Below are positions 52,408 through 63,780 of a stretch of DNA of 64,000 bases, one piece after another; position 1 is the first letter of the stretch, and every line of letters begins with the position of its first letter. Below the pieces are notes generated by a model. That model was not told the origin of the DNA, did not search any database, and saw only the letters and a list, made by a program, of their open reading frames with translations. Made by a program: the position numbers and the translations under genes. The DNA is from Squalus acanthias (lineage: Eukaryota), in NCBI GenBank assembly GCA_030390025.1, contig CM059451.1:20460001-20524000 (forward strand). The letters run 5' to 3'.

Positions 52408-52564
52408 GTACGCATCAATTCAAAGCTTCTCCAACAGAAACATTTTATGGAAATACCAGGAAACAGTACTGTGGTTTCAACCCGGAAAAATTCAGAACTA
52501 ACAGTACAGCCTGCCCACACGTTAGTCTCCAATAGTACAGGCAGTTGAGAGCCTGCCGTGATCT
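52408..52564. repeat. Unclassified ~160-bp dispersed repeat (copy 1; copy 2 at 56622-56792)
   Basis: Shared blocks GCATCAATTCAAAGC, TTTATG(G/A)AAATACCAGGA(A/C)ACAGTACT and TTAGTCTCC(C)AA(T/C)AGTACAG. Confidence 0.75.
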
Positions 52565-53086
52565 TTTCCAAGTCACTTGACACACACACACGCACGCGCG
52601 AGTGGACTCATTCTGTGCTAGATGTTAGTCATGGCGGTCAATCTCTCAGCCCACTGATGCTCCACGGAGCACTTATGCACAGGTTTGTTCCACAAGAAAA
52701 AAGTGAACTCGGAGAAAATCGACATGCAACAGTTCTTGTGGATCCTTTCATAGCTAATACAGGAACAGCACTGGCAGAGACTTGGCAACACAGTGATTGC
52801 CCACCCACTTGGTCAAGGAATTTTAGATCCCTCCCAAAGACATCAATTCTTATCAGAACATGGCTCCGTAGACGCGAGGAATCCTGCAGTACCTTGTCCA
52901 AGTGGCAATTATTCCTATATCAACCTTGAGGTGTCAGCAGACTATTCACAGACTATTCAGCGTCACAGCAGAGTTATATCCCACCATCCACATACATCCA
53001 CTTCCAGCTGGGGTCACTATATGGAAATTAGAGCCAAAGCCTTGGACGACTTTCCTCCTCCCTCGCCCAGTGGCATGGAGGTCAAT

Positions 53087-53470
53087 GGGCTACAGTAGCA
53101 TACTGGTTATGTTACTGGACGAGTAATCCAGAGGTCTGGACTAATGATCTGGAGACGTGAGTTCAAATCCCACCACGGCAGCTGGGGAATTTAAATTCAA
53201 TGAAATAAATCTGGAATAAAAAGCTAGTATCAGTAATGGTGACCATGAAACTACCGGATTGTTGTAAAAATCCATCTCACTCACTAATGTCCTTTAGGGA
53301 AGGAAATCTGCCATCCTTACCCGGTCTGGTCTTTGAGACTCCAGACCCACAGCAATGTGGTTGACTCTTAACTGCCCTCTGCCACTCAGTTGTACTCAAG
53401 GGCAATTAGGGATGGGCAATAAATGCTAGCCTTGCCAGTGACGCCCACATCTCAGGAATGAATTTTTTTT
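53087..53470 (+). mobile_element. tRNA-derived SINE family B, full length
   Basis: A-box-like TAGCATACTGG and B-box GAGTTCAAATCC; 3' tail CTCAAGGGCAATTAGGGATGGGCAATAAATGC...GACGCCCACATC shared with the LINE at 14040-14325. Confidence 0.85.
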
Positions 53471-53751
53471 AATTACAGCGTACCAACAGAGAAGAGTTAT
53501 CTCAGTATAGACGAAGGATCACACAACTTGGAATCTTCCTGGTCTGTACAACTGAGCTATTGGGGAAATGAGGAAACGAAAAGTTTCCAATGAGAGCGAG
53601 TACCCCTTTACAATTTCAGGTTTTCAGTTGCACTTATTTACAAGAAAATTCCTCTAACTAAGGTTCCTTATTAAAAAAAATTTAAATGGTTGTTTTAGAA
53701 TTTAGGGGCAACATTCCAAAACTTATTTTTTCTTGAGGCAAGCAACGCATA

Positions 53752-54217
53752 TGTCAGCTGTGGCTCAGTGGGTAGCACCCTCGCCTCAGAGTCAGAAGGT
53801 TGTGGGTTCGAGTCCCACTCGCGAGACTTGAGCACAAAAATCTAGGCTGACACTCCAGGGCAGTACTGAGGAAATGCTGCACTGTCGGAGATGCCGTCTT
53901 TCGGGTGAGATGTTAAAACGAGGCCCCATCTAATCTCTCAGGTAGACGTAAATGATCCCATGGCACTTTGAGGAGCAGGGGAGTTCTCCCTGGTGTCCTG
54001 GGCCAATATTTATCCCTCAATCAACATAACAAAAACAGATTATCTGGTCATTATCACATTGCTGTTTGTGGGAGCTTGCTGTGCGCAAATTGGCTGCCAT
54101 GTTTCCTACATTACAACAGTGACTACACTTCAAAAAGTACTTCATTGGCTGTAAAGTGCTTTGGGACGTTGGGTGGTCGTGAAAGGCGCTATAGAAATGC
54201 AAGTCTTTCTTTCTTTC
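53752..54217 (+). mobile_element. Deu-domain SINE (SacSINE1/AmnSINE1-like), full length, family A
   Basis: Pol III A-box TGGCTCAGTGG (53761) and B-box GGTTCGAGTCC (53805); Deu-like body; L2-type tail GGCGCTATAGAAATGCAAG(TCTT)n. Confidence 0.85.
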
Positions 54218-54344
54218 ATAATGCCATGGATGCATGTCAATTCTTAATTACAGAATGCTAAAACTAAACTTCCCTCTCCTCCTCCTAAAGAGAGTCCATT
54301 CCACAGGGGGTAATTATTTTGCCACGTGGTCTTATTCATGTAGG

Positions 54345-54650
54345 AAGAATAATCTAGAACTAGGGGGCATAGTTTCAGAATAAGGGGTCGCCCATTTAAA
54401 ACGGAGATGAGGAGGAATTTCTTCTGAGGGTGGTGAATCTTTGGAATTCTCTATCCCAGAGAGCTGTGGAGGCTGGGTCATTGAATATATTCAAGGCGGA
54501 GATAGACAGATTTTTGAAAAACAGGGGAATCAAGGGAAACGGAGAGCGGGCAGGAAAGTGGAGTTGAGGCCAAGATCAGCCATGATCTTATTGAATGGCG
54601 GAGCAGGCTCGAGGGGCCGAATGGTCTACTCCTGCTCCTATTTCTTATGT
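54345..54650 (+). mobile_element. CR1 LINE 3' end
   Basis: SRTRGHSFRIRG...VVNLWNSL...IFKAEIDRFL coding remnant plus conserved 3' UTR. Confidence 0.88.
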
Positions 54651-54854
54651 AGGAGCCTTGACGGCGAGCGCTGGCATGCCAGCTGAATGTGGAGCTGAAT
54701 GCTGTCCCCAGCAAGGACCCACACAAGCCCACTTCCTGTAGGGGTTGCTAGATCGTGATCAGGAGCAGGAACTCCAGCCGATTTTCCAATCCCAGGGATT
54801 CTACAGCCAATTGTAGAATCCCAAAACTGCCCCAGTTGAGCCAAGCTAATCAAA

Positions 54855-55655
54855 CCAGGAACCCCTCACCTCCCCTTTCAGCATTCCGAAGGGACCGCTC
54901 CTTCCGCAACACCCTGGTCCACTCCTCAATCACCCCCAACAGCCCTTCCCCTTCGCCCGGCACCTTCCCATGCAAGCGCAGGAGATGCAACACCTGCCCT
55001 TTTACCTCCTCCCTTCCCACTGTCGAGGGCCCCAAACACCCCTTCCAGGTGAAACAGCGATTTACTTGTACTTCTTGCAATTTAGTATACTGTATTCGCT
55101 GCTCACGATGTGGTCTCCTCTACAATGGGGAGACCAAACGCAGATTGGGTGACCGCTTTGCGGAACACCTCCGTTCAGTCCGTAAGGGTGACCCTGAGCT
55201 TCCGGTCGCCTGTCGCTTTAATTCTCCGCTTCATTCCCACTCTGATCTCTCTGTCCTCTGCCTCTTGCACTGTTCCAATGAAGCTCAACGTAAGCGCGAG
55301 GAACAGCACCTCATCTTTCGATTCGGTATTTTGCAGCCTTCTGGACTCAACATTGAGTTCAACTATTTCAGACTATAACCCCTGCCCCCATTCTTCAGGC
55401 TGTATGATTTTGCCATCCCCATTTGCAACATTTTCTCTTTCCTGCCTCCTACCTGAACACAGAATGTTCCTTCAATTCCTTCCTCCCCTCCCAAAACCCC
55501 CACCCTCCCTGCCTCTGCACCTGCTTAAAATCTGTTACATCTCCAGCTTTTTCTAGTTCTGACGAAAGGTCCCAGACCTGAAACGTTAACTCTGTTTCTC
55601 TCTCCACGGATGCTGCCTGGCCTGCTGAGTATTTCCAGCATTTTCTGTTTTTATT
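54855..55655 (+). mobile_element. Penelope-like retroelement 3' part: GIY-YIG endonuclease coding region plus terminal repeat
   Basis: ORF 54755-55378: GTFPCKRRRCNTC...FTCTSCNLVYCIRCSRCGLLYNGETKRRLGDRFAEH...PVACRFN...EQHLIFR...PSGLN, the PLE GIY-YIG domain (YIG changed to YNG). Confidence 0.9.
55555..55591 (+). ncRNA. Minimal type I hammerhead ribozyme motif (Penelope-associated)
   Basis: AGUU-CUGACGA-A-AGGUC(CCA)GACCU-GAAA-CG-U-U-AACU; perfect Watson-Crick helix II. Confidence 0.72.
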
Positions 55656-56045
55656 ACCTTAGTTATTGTAATGAGCAAGTTCAACTTCCTTAATCAAAAA
55701 CCACAGTACAGGGTGCTTTTAGGAGGTTGGGATTGAAACACGTTGGGGGCTTTTGCACACATCTCACCTACATTGCACCTGACCACAGAGTACCTTCTCC
55801 AGACACTGGGCACCCCAAGTGGCAACATATACCATTCCTCAGTCGCAACACACCTCACCTTGAGAAGCACAAAAAGGTACATGAAATCATCACATTAAGG
55901 ATTATATGCAGGATATTTTACGATTTTTTGCAAAATTAGAAAGGAAACTAACTGCTCCACGAGGTGGCAAGTTGAAGTCAAAATGATTTGGGAGGAACAC
56001 TTTTTTGATGACACTTGGAAAGATAAAAGTACACGTTTCCCCTAC

Positions 56046-56085
56046 CTGAAATGTAACCACGACCATTGCAGTCTTCTATGTCCAT
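56046..56085 (-). CDS. IKZF4: IKZF4 first coding exon (40 coding nt, preceded by 12-15 nt of 5' UTR)
   Basis: Polypyrimidine tract ttttttttactttctag|cag|agcacttcgaaaATG, then MDIEDCNGRGYIS and G|gtaggg. Strong Kozak context (aaaATGG). Resembles the MDIEDCNGRSYVSG N-terminus of Eos isoforms as I recall it. Confidence 0.88.
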
Positions 56086-56621
56086 TTTCGAAGTGCTCTG
56101 CTAGAAAGTAAAAAAAAATGTTATACAGCTATTCCTCATATTAGTGATTTTTCAAACTTTTATATTTGAGGGACCCCTTGTGTTAACTGCAAAAGTGTCA
56201 GCTACCCCAGAAAAAAAACCTGACAGAAATAGAATGACCTTACTGAGCCCCTGGTTACTGCACTGTATCCTGATGTTGCCGACCTTTCCTTTTCTGGGTA
56301 TAATTCTATTTGTAAATAAGTCTGGAACAGTCTAGCGGCATGATATTTTCCCACCTTCCGAGGCAAAGTGAGAACATAATAGACATCCCCACATATTCTC
56401 CAAGTGAATTACCGCGATTCATGGTTAATTGTTGAACAATGGCTATGCTAACCCATATCTGTCAGGAGAAGAGAGAGACACAGGTTTCGGTTCATGAGAC
56501 ACTCATCTGCTTATGGAAACTGTGAACACGAGAAAGGTGCTGGGAAAATGCCCGGCCTGCAACCAGAATGAGCATACCTCTAACTAATGTGATTCTTTGC
56601 GCCTATCTTGTAGAAGTAAGC

Positions 56622-56792
56622 GTATGCATCAATTCAAAGCCTCTTGAACACAAAGATTTTATGAAAATACCAGGACACAGTACTTTAGTTTTCCTAAATT
56701 TACTACTTAAGTAGTCCATTATCAAAAATATTAAGAAGCTACCACTCATTAGTCTCCCAACAGTACAGATAGCTGAGCATCTACCATGATCT
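56622..56792. repeat. Unclassified dispersed repeat (copy 2)
   Basis: Same orientation and same conserved blocks as 52408-52564. Confidence 0.75.
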
Positions 56793-58024
56793 GAAATAAG
56801 CTGCTTTGTGCATCTGAATCCCAATGAATGGCTAACTGGGATTTAATTTTTTTTTTATAAAACCTGTACTTACTAATCACTCACGCTGGAACTAAATCCA
56901 CATTCATTATACTAAATACAGATACACACACACACAAAGGAAGATCAGAGTAAACTAAAAAAAACTTACAAAATTCTGTATTTCAAGCAAATAAAAATGG
57001 AGGAATATTTTATGCTTGGATCAGAAATTACATCCAGTTTTTTTCTATGTAATGGAAAGCAATTGGGTCCAATTGAATTCTTTTATAATGGGAGTGAATG
57101 GGAACAAATGAGTCCCTTGGAATTCCAGGTTGAGACCAAGTATGTATATCAGGTACTTCTTTATTGGTGTCTGGTACTATCTGGTTTTAAAGTAGATTTC
57201 TTAAGTATACCCTGGTTAACACAAGGTATTGTACTAATGTTAGACTAGTTGTCAAACCCAGCCCGGAAAAGCAGTGAAAAAGAGCTCTATAAAATAATTA
57301 ATATAAAATATAAGCAGTTCTCATTTGATGATCTTCTCAGAAGGGGCATTAATTAGCATGCATAACATTAAACTGGATTCATAAAACATTATAATTGTCT
57401 CTCATATCAGGAACATTTCAGTCGTTTTTGAAAACGGCATGGATTAAATTCTCCTCTACAAAGTTATTTAGTGCTTAATCATTCCATTCGTCAATCAATC
57501 AATCAATGTGTCTGACTGGAAGATCATCTGTGTAAAAACCCTAAGCATCAAACATTAGGTATGCAGTTAAAATGCAGCAAAGTGAAAACATTCTGTAGAT
57601 TTAGTACATCTAAAGTTGGTCATCCTAAAATAAATCAGTTACTTGATCACTTAAGGTGCAACCACCTGGAGTCTCATTTTTTCCTAATTTGAATAACCTA
57701 AATAGTGCCAAGAAGGTTGTTTTGAAAACCACAAATGAATACTAATCAGAGATGAAGGCTATATATTGAGGCGAGTGGCATTTTTATATTGGTTCAGAAA
57801 GTTTACTCTTTAAACCCACAGAAGTATCTGTTGACATGTTGCCAGCGTTTTCCAGGGAAGAATTAAGACCCCCCCCCCCGCCAAACCACAGAAGCACTTT
57901 CAAATTAGCTTGCTAGGATTTCAACAAAGCATCTTGCCAATGCTTCAACTTAGCCAGTATTTCAACTCAAGTTTATTTCTGCACATTGCCAGTATTTCTA
58001 CAATGCCGTTTGAAGAAAATGTTT

Positions 58025-58940
58025 TCAGGATATGGGCGTCGTTGACAAGGCCACATTTATTGCCCATCCCTACTTGCCCTGAGGTGGTGGTGATAATGAG
58101 CTTCCTCCTTGAACCACTGTAGTTCTTATGCTAATAGTGCTCCCACAGTGGCGATAGGTAGGGAATTTTAGAATATTGACCCAGCAACAATGCAGGAACA
58201 GCGATATATGCCCAAGTGCATGTGAATTAGAGCGAAACTTGGTGGTGCTGTCTTCTGAGACATTGCTGCTTTTGTCCTTCTCAGTGGTAGAGGTCACAGG
58301 GGGTGTTGTCAAAGTAACCTTGGAGAGTTGCTGCAGTTAATCGGTAGCTTGTAGATACGGCATTCACAGTACTCCAGTGGTCATTATGAAGTCCACTGGC
58401 AGGGCCACCAATCAAGCAAACTGCCCTGCCCTGGATGGTGTCAAGATTAGAGTGTTGTTGTGGCAAGTGGTGTGTACTCCATTGCACTGCGGACTTGAGA
58501 CCTGCAAAGGATGGATAGGCTTCGAGAGGACAAGAAGTAAGCCACTGAAATAGTCAGTGAACAGCCGCACTCTTGACCTTATGATGGAGAGGTGGTCATT
58601 GGATGAAACAGCTGAAGGTGGTTGGGTCAAGGATGCTTCCTTGAGGAACTCCTGCAGTGATGTCCTGCCATGATTAGCCTCTGACAACCACGGCAATCTT
58701 CCTTTGCATCAGGTATGGCTCCAGCCACTGGAGGGTTTCCCCATTAACCCCCGCTGACCTCAGTTTTGTTGGGGCTCCTTGCTGCCATCCTCGATTGAAT
58801 GCTGCCTTGGTGTCGAGGGCAGCTACTCTCACCTCCCCTCTAGCATTCAGCTCGAGTCCATGTCTGTGATGAGGGCTGGAGCAGAGTGCTTCGAGCAGAA
58901 CCCAAACTGAGCTACGGTGAGCAGGTTATTTGTCAGTAGG
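58025..58940 (-). mobile_element. Older CR1-group LINE, 3' part; continues at 61013-61115 beyond the RTE insertion
   Basis: Tail is the reverse complement of 14040-14325; the RT reading SNPANSHPIGLLPIISK..GVINSTIK*HLLTNNLLTVAQFGF is continuous once the RTE is removed. Confidence 0.8.
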
Positions 58941-61012
58941 CGACCTAAAGAACAGATGGTGGGTGGAGAAAGCGCAGGAGATCCAGCAGCTAGCCGACAA
59001 CCACGACGTGCATGGATTCTTTAGCGCAGTCAAGACCACCTACGGCTCAAGCACCCAAGGTCCTACCCCACTGCGGGCCAAGAACGGAGAGGTACGCATC
59101 AAGGACAGAGGGGCAGTCAGTGCCCGCTGGAAGGAACACTTCAAAGATCTCCTTAACCGAGACTGTCTTCGACGCGAGTGTCCTCAACTCCATCCCGCAG
59201 CATGCTACCCGCCACCACCTCAGCACAACCCCAGCCCGGCATGAGGTTGAAAAGGCCATCTGACAACTGAAGAACAACAAGGCCTCAGGAGCAGATGGAA
59301 TCCCCGCCGAGGCACTAAAGCATGGCGGAGAAGCACTATTGGCGCGAATACATGAACTAATTTCTCTTATTTGGAAGGAGGAGAGCATGCCAAGGGATCT
59401 CAGAGATGCCGTAATCATCTTCAAAAAAGGTGACAAGTCCGATTGCGGTAATTACAGAGGAGTTTCCCTGCTGTCTGCCACAGCGAAAGTCATCGCAAGA
59501 ATCCTCCTCAGTCACCTTCTCCCAGTGGCTGAAGAGCTCCTCCCAGAGTCACAATGTGGATTCTGCCCACTAAGGGGCACAATGGACATGATCTTCACCG
59601 CACGTCAAATACAAGAGAAATGCAGGCAACAGCACAGGGAACGCTGTAAATGGCCTTCTTTGACCTCACAAAAGGCCTTCAACACGGTCAACCGTGAGGG
59701 ATTATGGAGTGTCCTCCTCAAATTCGACTGCCCCCAAAAGTTTGTCAGCATCCTCCGCCTGCTTCACGACGACATGATCCTGACCAACGGATCCACCACA
59801 GACCCAATTCGCATACGGACCGGGATCAAGCAAGGCTGTGTCATCGCACCAACGCTCTTCTCGATCTTCCTTGCTGCAATGCTCCATCTCACCCTCAATA
59901 AGCTCCCCGCAGGAGTGGAGTTAATCTACTGAACAAACGGGAAACTGTTCAACCTCCGTCGCCTCCAGTCCAGATCCAAAGTCATCCCATCCTCTGTCAT
60001 CGAATTACAGTATGCAGACAATGCTTGCGTCTGCGCACACTCGGAGGTCAAACTCCAAACCATCGTCAACACCTTCACCGAAGCGTACGAGAGCATGGGC
60101 CTTACACTAAACATCCGTAAGACAAAGGTCCTCTACCAACCTGCCCCCGCCACAGTACTGCCCCCGCCACAGTACTGCCCCCCAATTATCAAAATCCACG
60201 ACGAGGCCTTGGACAACGTGGACCACTTTCCATACCTCGGGAGCCTACTGTCAACAAGGGCAGACATCGATGATGAAGTCCAACACCGCCTTCAGTATGC
60301 CAGTGCAACCTTCGGTCGCCTGAGGAAGAGTGTGTTTGAAGACCAGGACCTCAAACCCGGCACCAAGTTCATGGTCTACAGAGCAGTAGTGATTCCCGCC
60401 CTCCTGTATGCTTCAGAGACATAGACCATGTACAGCAGGCACCTCAAATCAATGGAAAGGTACCACCAACGCTGCCTCCGCAAGATCCTGCAAATCCATT
60501 GGCAGGATAGGCTCACCAACGTCAGTGTTCTCGCTCAGGCCAACATCCCCAGCATCGAAGCTTTGACCACACTCGATCAGCTCCGATGGACGGGCCACAT
60601 CGTCCACATGTCCGATACGAGACTCCCAAAACAAGCGCTCTACTCGGAGCTCCGACACAGGTGGGCAGAGGAAATGCTTCAAGGACACCCTCAAAGCCTC
60701 CTTGAAAAGTACAAAATCCCCTCCGACACCTGGGAATCCCTGGCCCAAGACCGCTCAAAGTGGAGGAGAAGCATCCGGGAAGGCGTCGAACACCTCGAGT
60801 CTCTTCGCCGGGAGCAAGCGGAAGCCAAGCGCAAACAGCGGAAGGAGCGCACGTCAACCCAAGCACCCCACCCACCCCCCCCCTTCAACCACCGTCTGCC
60901 CCACCTGTGACAGAGACTGTAGGTCCCGCATTGGACTCATCAGTCACCTGAGAACTCATTTTTAGCGTGGAAGCAAGTCATCCTCGGTTCCAAGGGACTG
61001 CCTAAGATGATG
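58941..61012 (+). mobile_element. RTE-clade LINE, 5'-truncated (~2.07 kb), with frameshifts and stops, 13-bp TSD
   Basis: RT motifs KKGDKSDCGNYRGVSLLS, LLPESQCGF, GIKQGCVIAPTLF, QYADN, FPYLGS; C-terminal CPTC..SRIGLISH; (GAT)n tail; TSD ATTTGTCAGTAGG at 58928-58940 and 61013-61025. Confidence 0.93.
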
Positions 61013-61955
61013 ATTTGTCAGTAGGTGTCACTTGATGGTACTATTGATGACTCCTTCATTTTACTGATGATTGGAAGGAGGCCGATAGGATGTGAGTTGG
61101 CTGGGTTAGATTATCCTTTAACTTAATTTATTCCAACCTCAGTTTAGAGTACAATTTACCTCCTGGCCTTGGAGTTGGCTCATGTGTGCTGAAGCAGATT
61201 TACAATAGGATGTGCATTGACCAGGACAGAAAAACTCTGCATGGGTTGGTCTGGTAATTTAGGGTCCACAGGCACAAAATCTGTATTGGCCCAGTCCCAA
61301 AAGTAAGCGCTGCAAGATCAGGATGTCCAATTCAACGACAAAGCAATCCACAATGAGAAGGTATTACTCGCTGGTTACTGCTGTCATATTGTGTTAAGAC
61401 CATGCTAGAGGTGCTGGCTCCAGACGCACAGGTCCAGTGCCAACCACTAACAACTGAAAAGTTAACTTACAAGGATTCACTGGGCCAGTGGCCAAGGAGG
61501 CCCAAAGCCGCTTTGATATATAGTGCTAGGACTCATATTGATAATGTTTAAGTGAATCCCAGCAATTTACTTTCCGGTTGTAGTTGGCCGTGCGAGATCC
61601 ATGCGACAGGAATTGGCGCCACTCACGTGAGTCTTGGTGGAATATAAAAACAGTTCAGGCGCGCATTTTCTTCCTGTATCCTTTTTAAGAACAACTCACG
61701 TCACTTTTATATGCTTGGCCTCAACATTCTTCCTAAAGTAAGGCACCCAAACTGGACACTATATTCTAACTGCGGCCTTATCAATGATTTGTGTAGGTTC
61801 AGCATTACCGGTATTTTTGTATTCTATACCCCTATTTATAAAAACAAAATAGGTTGCTATTATAGCGAAGACTACCAAGTTTTGGACATGGAGGACAAAG
61901 CAAAACAATGGCAAAAAATACGAAATAAATTTGGGGGCAGAGAAGAATAGATGAA

Positions 61956-62691
61956 GGGCCAGAAATATGCTGGCAAAATAATGGCGAGTTTAGTGCACCG
62001 CCATTGTTAATGTGTAAATCATCCAGCAATTTGTGGCAAGGAAGAGATACCCAGTGAGTTGCGAATCGCCACAAATTACTGGACGATTTGCACCGCACCG
62101 TTGGCCTCACAAAAACGGCACCATGCCCTCAACCTTCCTCTTGAGTTTCAAGAATTGGCTGCATTTGTGTATTAATTAACAATTAAACTCGCCGCAGAAT
62201 GTTAGGGCTGGTGCTCAACAGTGTAAGTACCCTTTTAATGACAAGATTAATGTTCCTGCAATGCCACTCAAGCTCTCTGGCCCAGAAAGGGAACAACTGA
62301 AACTGTGGAGTCTCTCTTGCAGGTAGTAAATTGTTCTTGAGATTTTTTTAAATTAAAAAAAAACTCTTACTTTTCCTGTGTCTCTTTTTTTCCCCTCTCT
62401 CTCTAAATCCAATCTTTCTTCCCCTCTCGATTTCACTTTCTGTGCCTGATTTAACTCCAATTTACCCAATTTCCTCCTCAGTCGTTCCTCTGTTTCTTTC
62501 TCAATCCTTAAATCTCACTGATTAAGGGGATAGACTGTTGGTCCTGTCATTCACCGTGGTCCCAAATACCCCGTTGCCCTCTCAACGTTATCAGCTCGCA
62601 CTTCCAGAAATTCGCAGTGCAAAATATTTTCTATCTGAAGGGTGAGGGAAAAAGTCTAACTGACGGGGCATGCTCCGGTCCATTCTGGGCC
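61956..62691. mobile_element. Non-autonomous DNA transposon, PIF/Harbinger-like (copy 2)
   Basis: Starts GGGCCAGAAATATGCTGG and ends CATTCTGGGCC; interior colinear with 41037-41796 (TGTTCCTGCAATGCCACTCAAGCT, GAAGGGTGAGGGAAAAA). Confidence 0.75.
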
Positions 62692-63559
62692 GATATTTCA
62701 ATCCAAAAATATCAGCATGGGTTATGGCTGCCCACTCTCAGTGTCAATTACTTTTTTTTTGGGGGGGTGGGGGGGTGGAATGGGCAAAAGCATGTTTGAT
62801 CTGGATTTTCAGCATTTAAACAAAAGGTGACAGCAAGGGGCTTTGTATTTTAGGCAGTAGACAGCAGAAAAACTGCCTGAGAATAACTGGTTTCAGCCAC
62901 TTGAGAATCATTTGACGGCAATTCTTCCACTGTGAAGTAGAATTAAAGGTACTTTTATCTTTCACACTTCTGCAGTTCAGGTCACGGGAGTCCAAATTCG
63001 TGATCCAGTTCTCTGCATTTACATTGGTAAAACCAGCTTTCCATCTCACCGGCAGAATCACAGACCTAAATTTTCATGGGTCTATGAATCTATCATCGGC
63101 ATAAAAAAAAGCCAGTTTTAGCAATATAAGCTGGCACACAGACGTCAATCTCCCACAACCCAAACCACAAGTGCCAAATGTAAAAGTGCCGTAACCTACT
63201 TGATTGTTCATCTACTAACTAGGAACAAGTGCTGGATTTAGATCATCATGAAACAAGTTTAGCTTCATCCCACTGATGTAGAGTTGCAATCATTATTTTG
63301 TTCCATATTAGAGGAACCACAGGTTCAAACAGTCAATGTGTATAATTGTTATAATTGCTCATGGTGCAAAGCTACCATCGGTCAGAAATTCCTGCTCCAA
63401 AGAGAATAATCTAGAGGACCTGATGTTCGGTTAGTCAGGGGTAGCTCCCTCTAGTTGCAACCCGAACTTGATCGGTACGCCAATCTGGACAGTTGTCTCT
63501 GCCATTCATATAACTGAGTCTTAAATTACTTGGAAGAACCCCAATTACAAGTCATGGCT

Positions 63560-63780
63560 CCATACATGTGCCAGTTTGGTAGTACCTTCATCTGTGTGCC
63601 AGAAAGTTGTGGGTTCAAGCCCCACTCCAGCGCGGTAGCGGGAGTGTGCTGCTGGAGGTCACCTTTCAAATGAGATGCTAAACCGAGGCCCTATTTGTCT
63701 GTTCAGGTGGGTGTTGAAGAACCCATGGCACTATAAAAAAAAATGATGAGCAGGGTGTACTCCTGATTCACTACAGCTAT
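63560..63780 (+). mobile_element. Decayed Deu-domain SINE fragment (family A)
   Basis: GTTGTGGGTTCAAGCCCCACTC...TGAGATGCTAAACCGAGGCCC...CCCATGGCACT. Confidence 0.7.

Larger units (their letters stand above)
1..56100 (-). other. IKZF4: IKZF4 (Eos) gene body, Ikaros-family C2H2 zinc-finger transcription factor; 3' end and non-coding first exon not located in the window
   Basis: Seven exons splice in frame (40+105+261+168+150+132+525 nt) into a protein with Eos-diagnostic segments [85 protein letters not shown] and KRKRSTPQKFVG. All introns are GT-AG. Confidence 0.95.

Noticed and set aside
53752-53825. tRNA gene (A and B boxes present; also at 53087 and 30412)
   Set aside because: No proper cloverleaf or terminator; each continues into a SINE body, so these are SINE heads.
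1-56085. Assignment as IKZF2 (Helios), IKZF1 or IKZF3
   Set aside because: [45 protein letters not shown] and the SQHSSPSRSLS exon are Eos-type.
60890-60965. C2H2-like CPTCDRDCRSRIGLISHLRTH as a possible additional zinc-finger exon
   Set aside because: It is on the opposite strand from IKZF4 and lies inside the TSD-bounded RTE element, where this motif is the normal ORF C-terminus.
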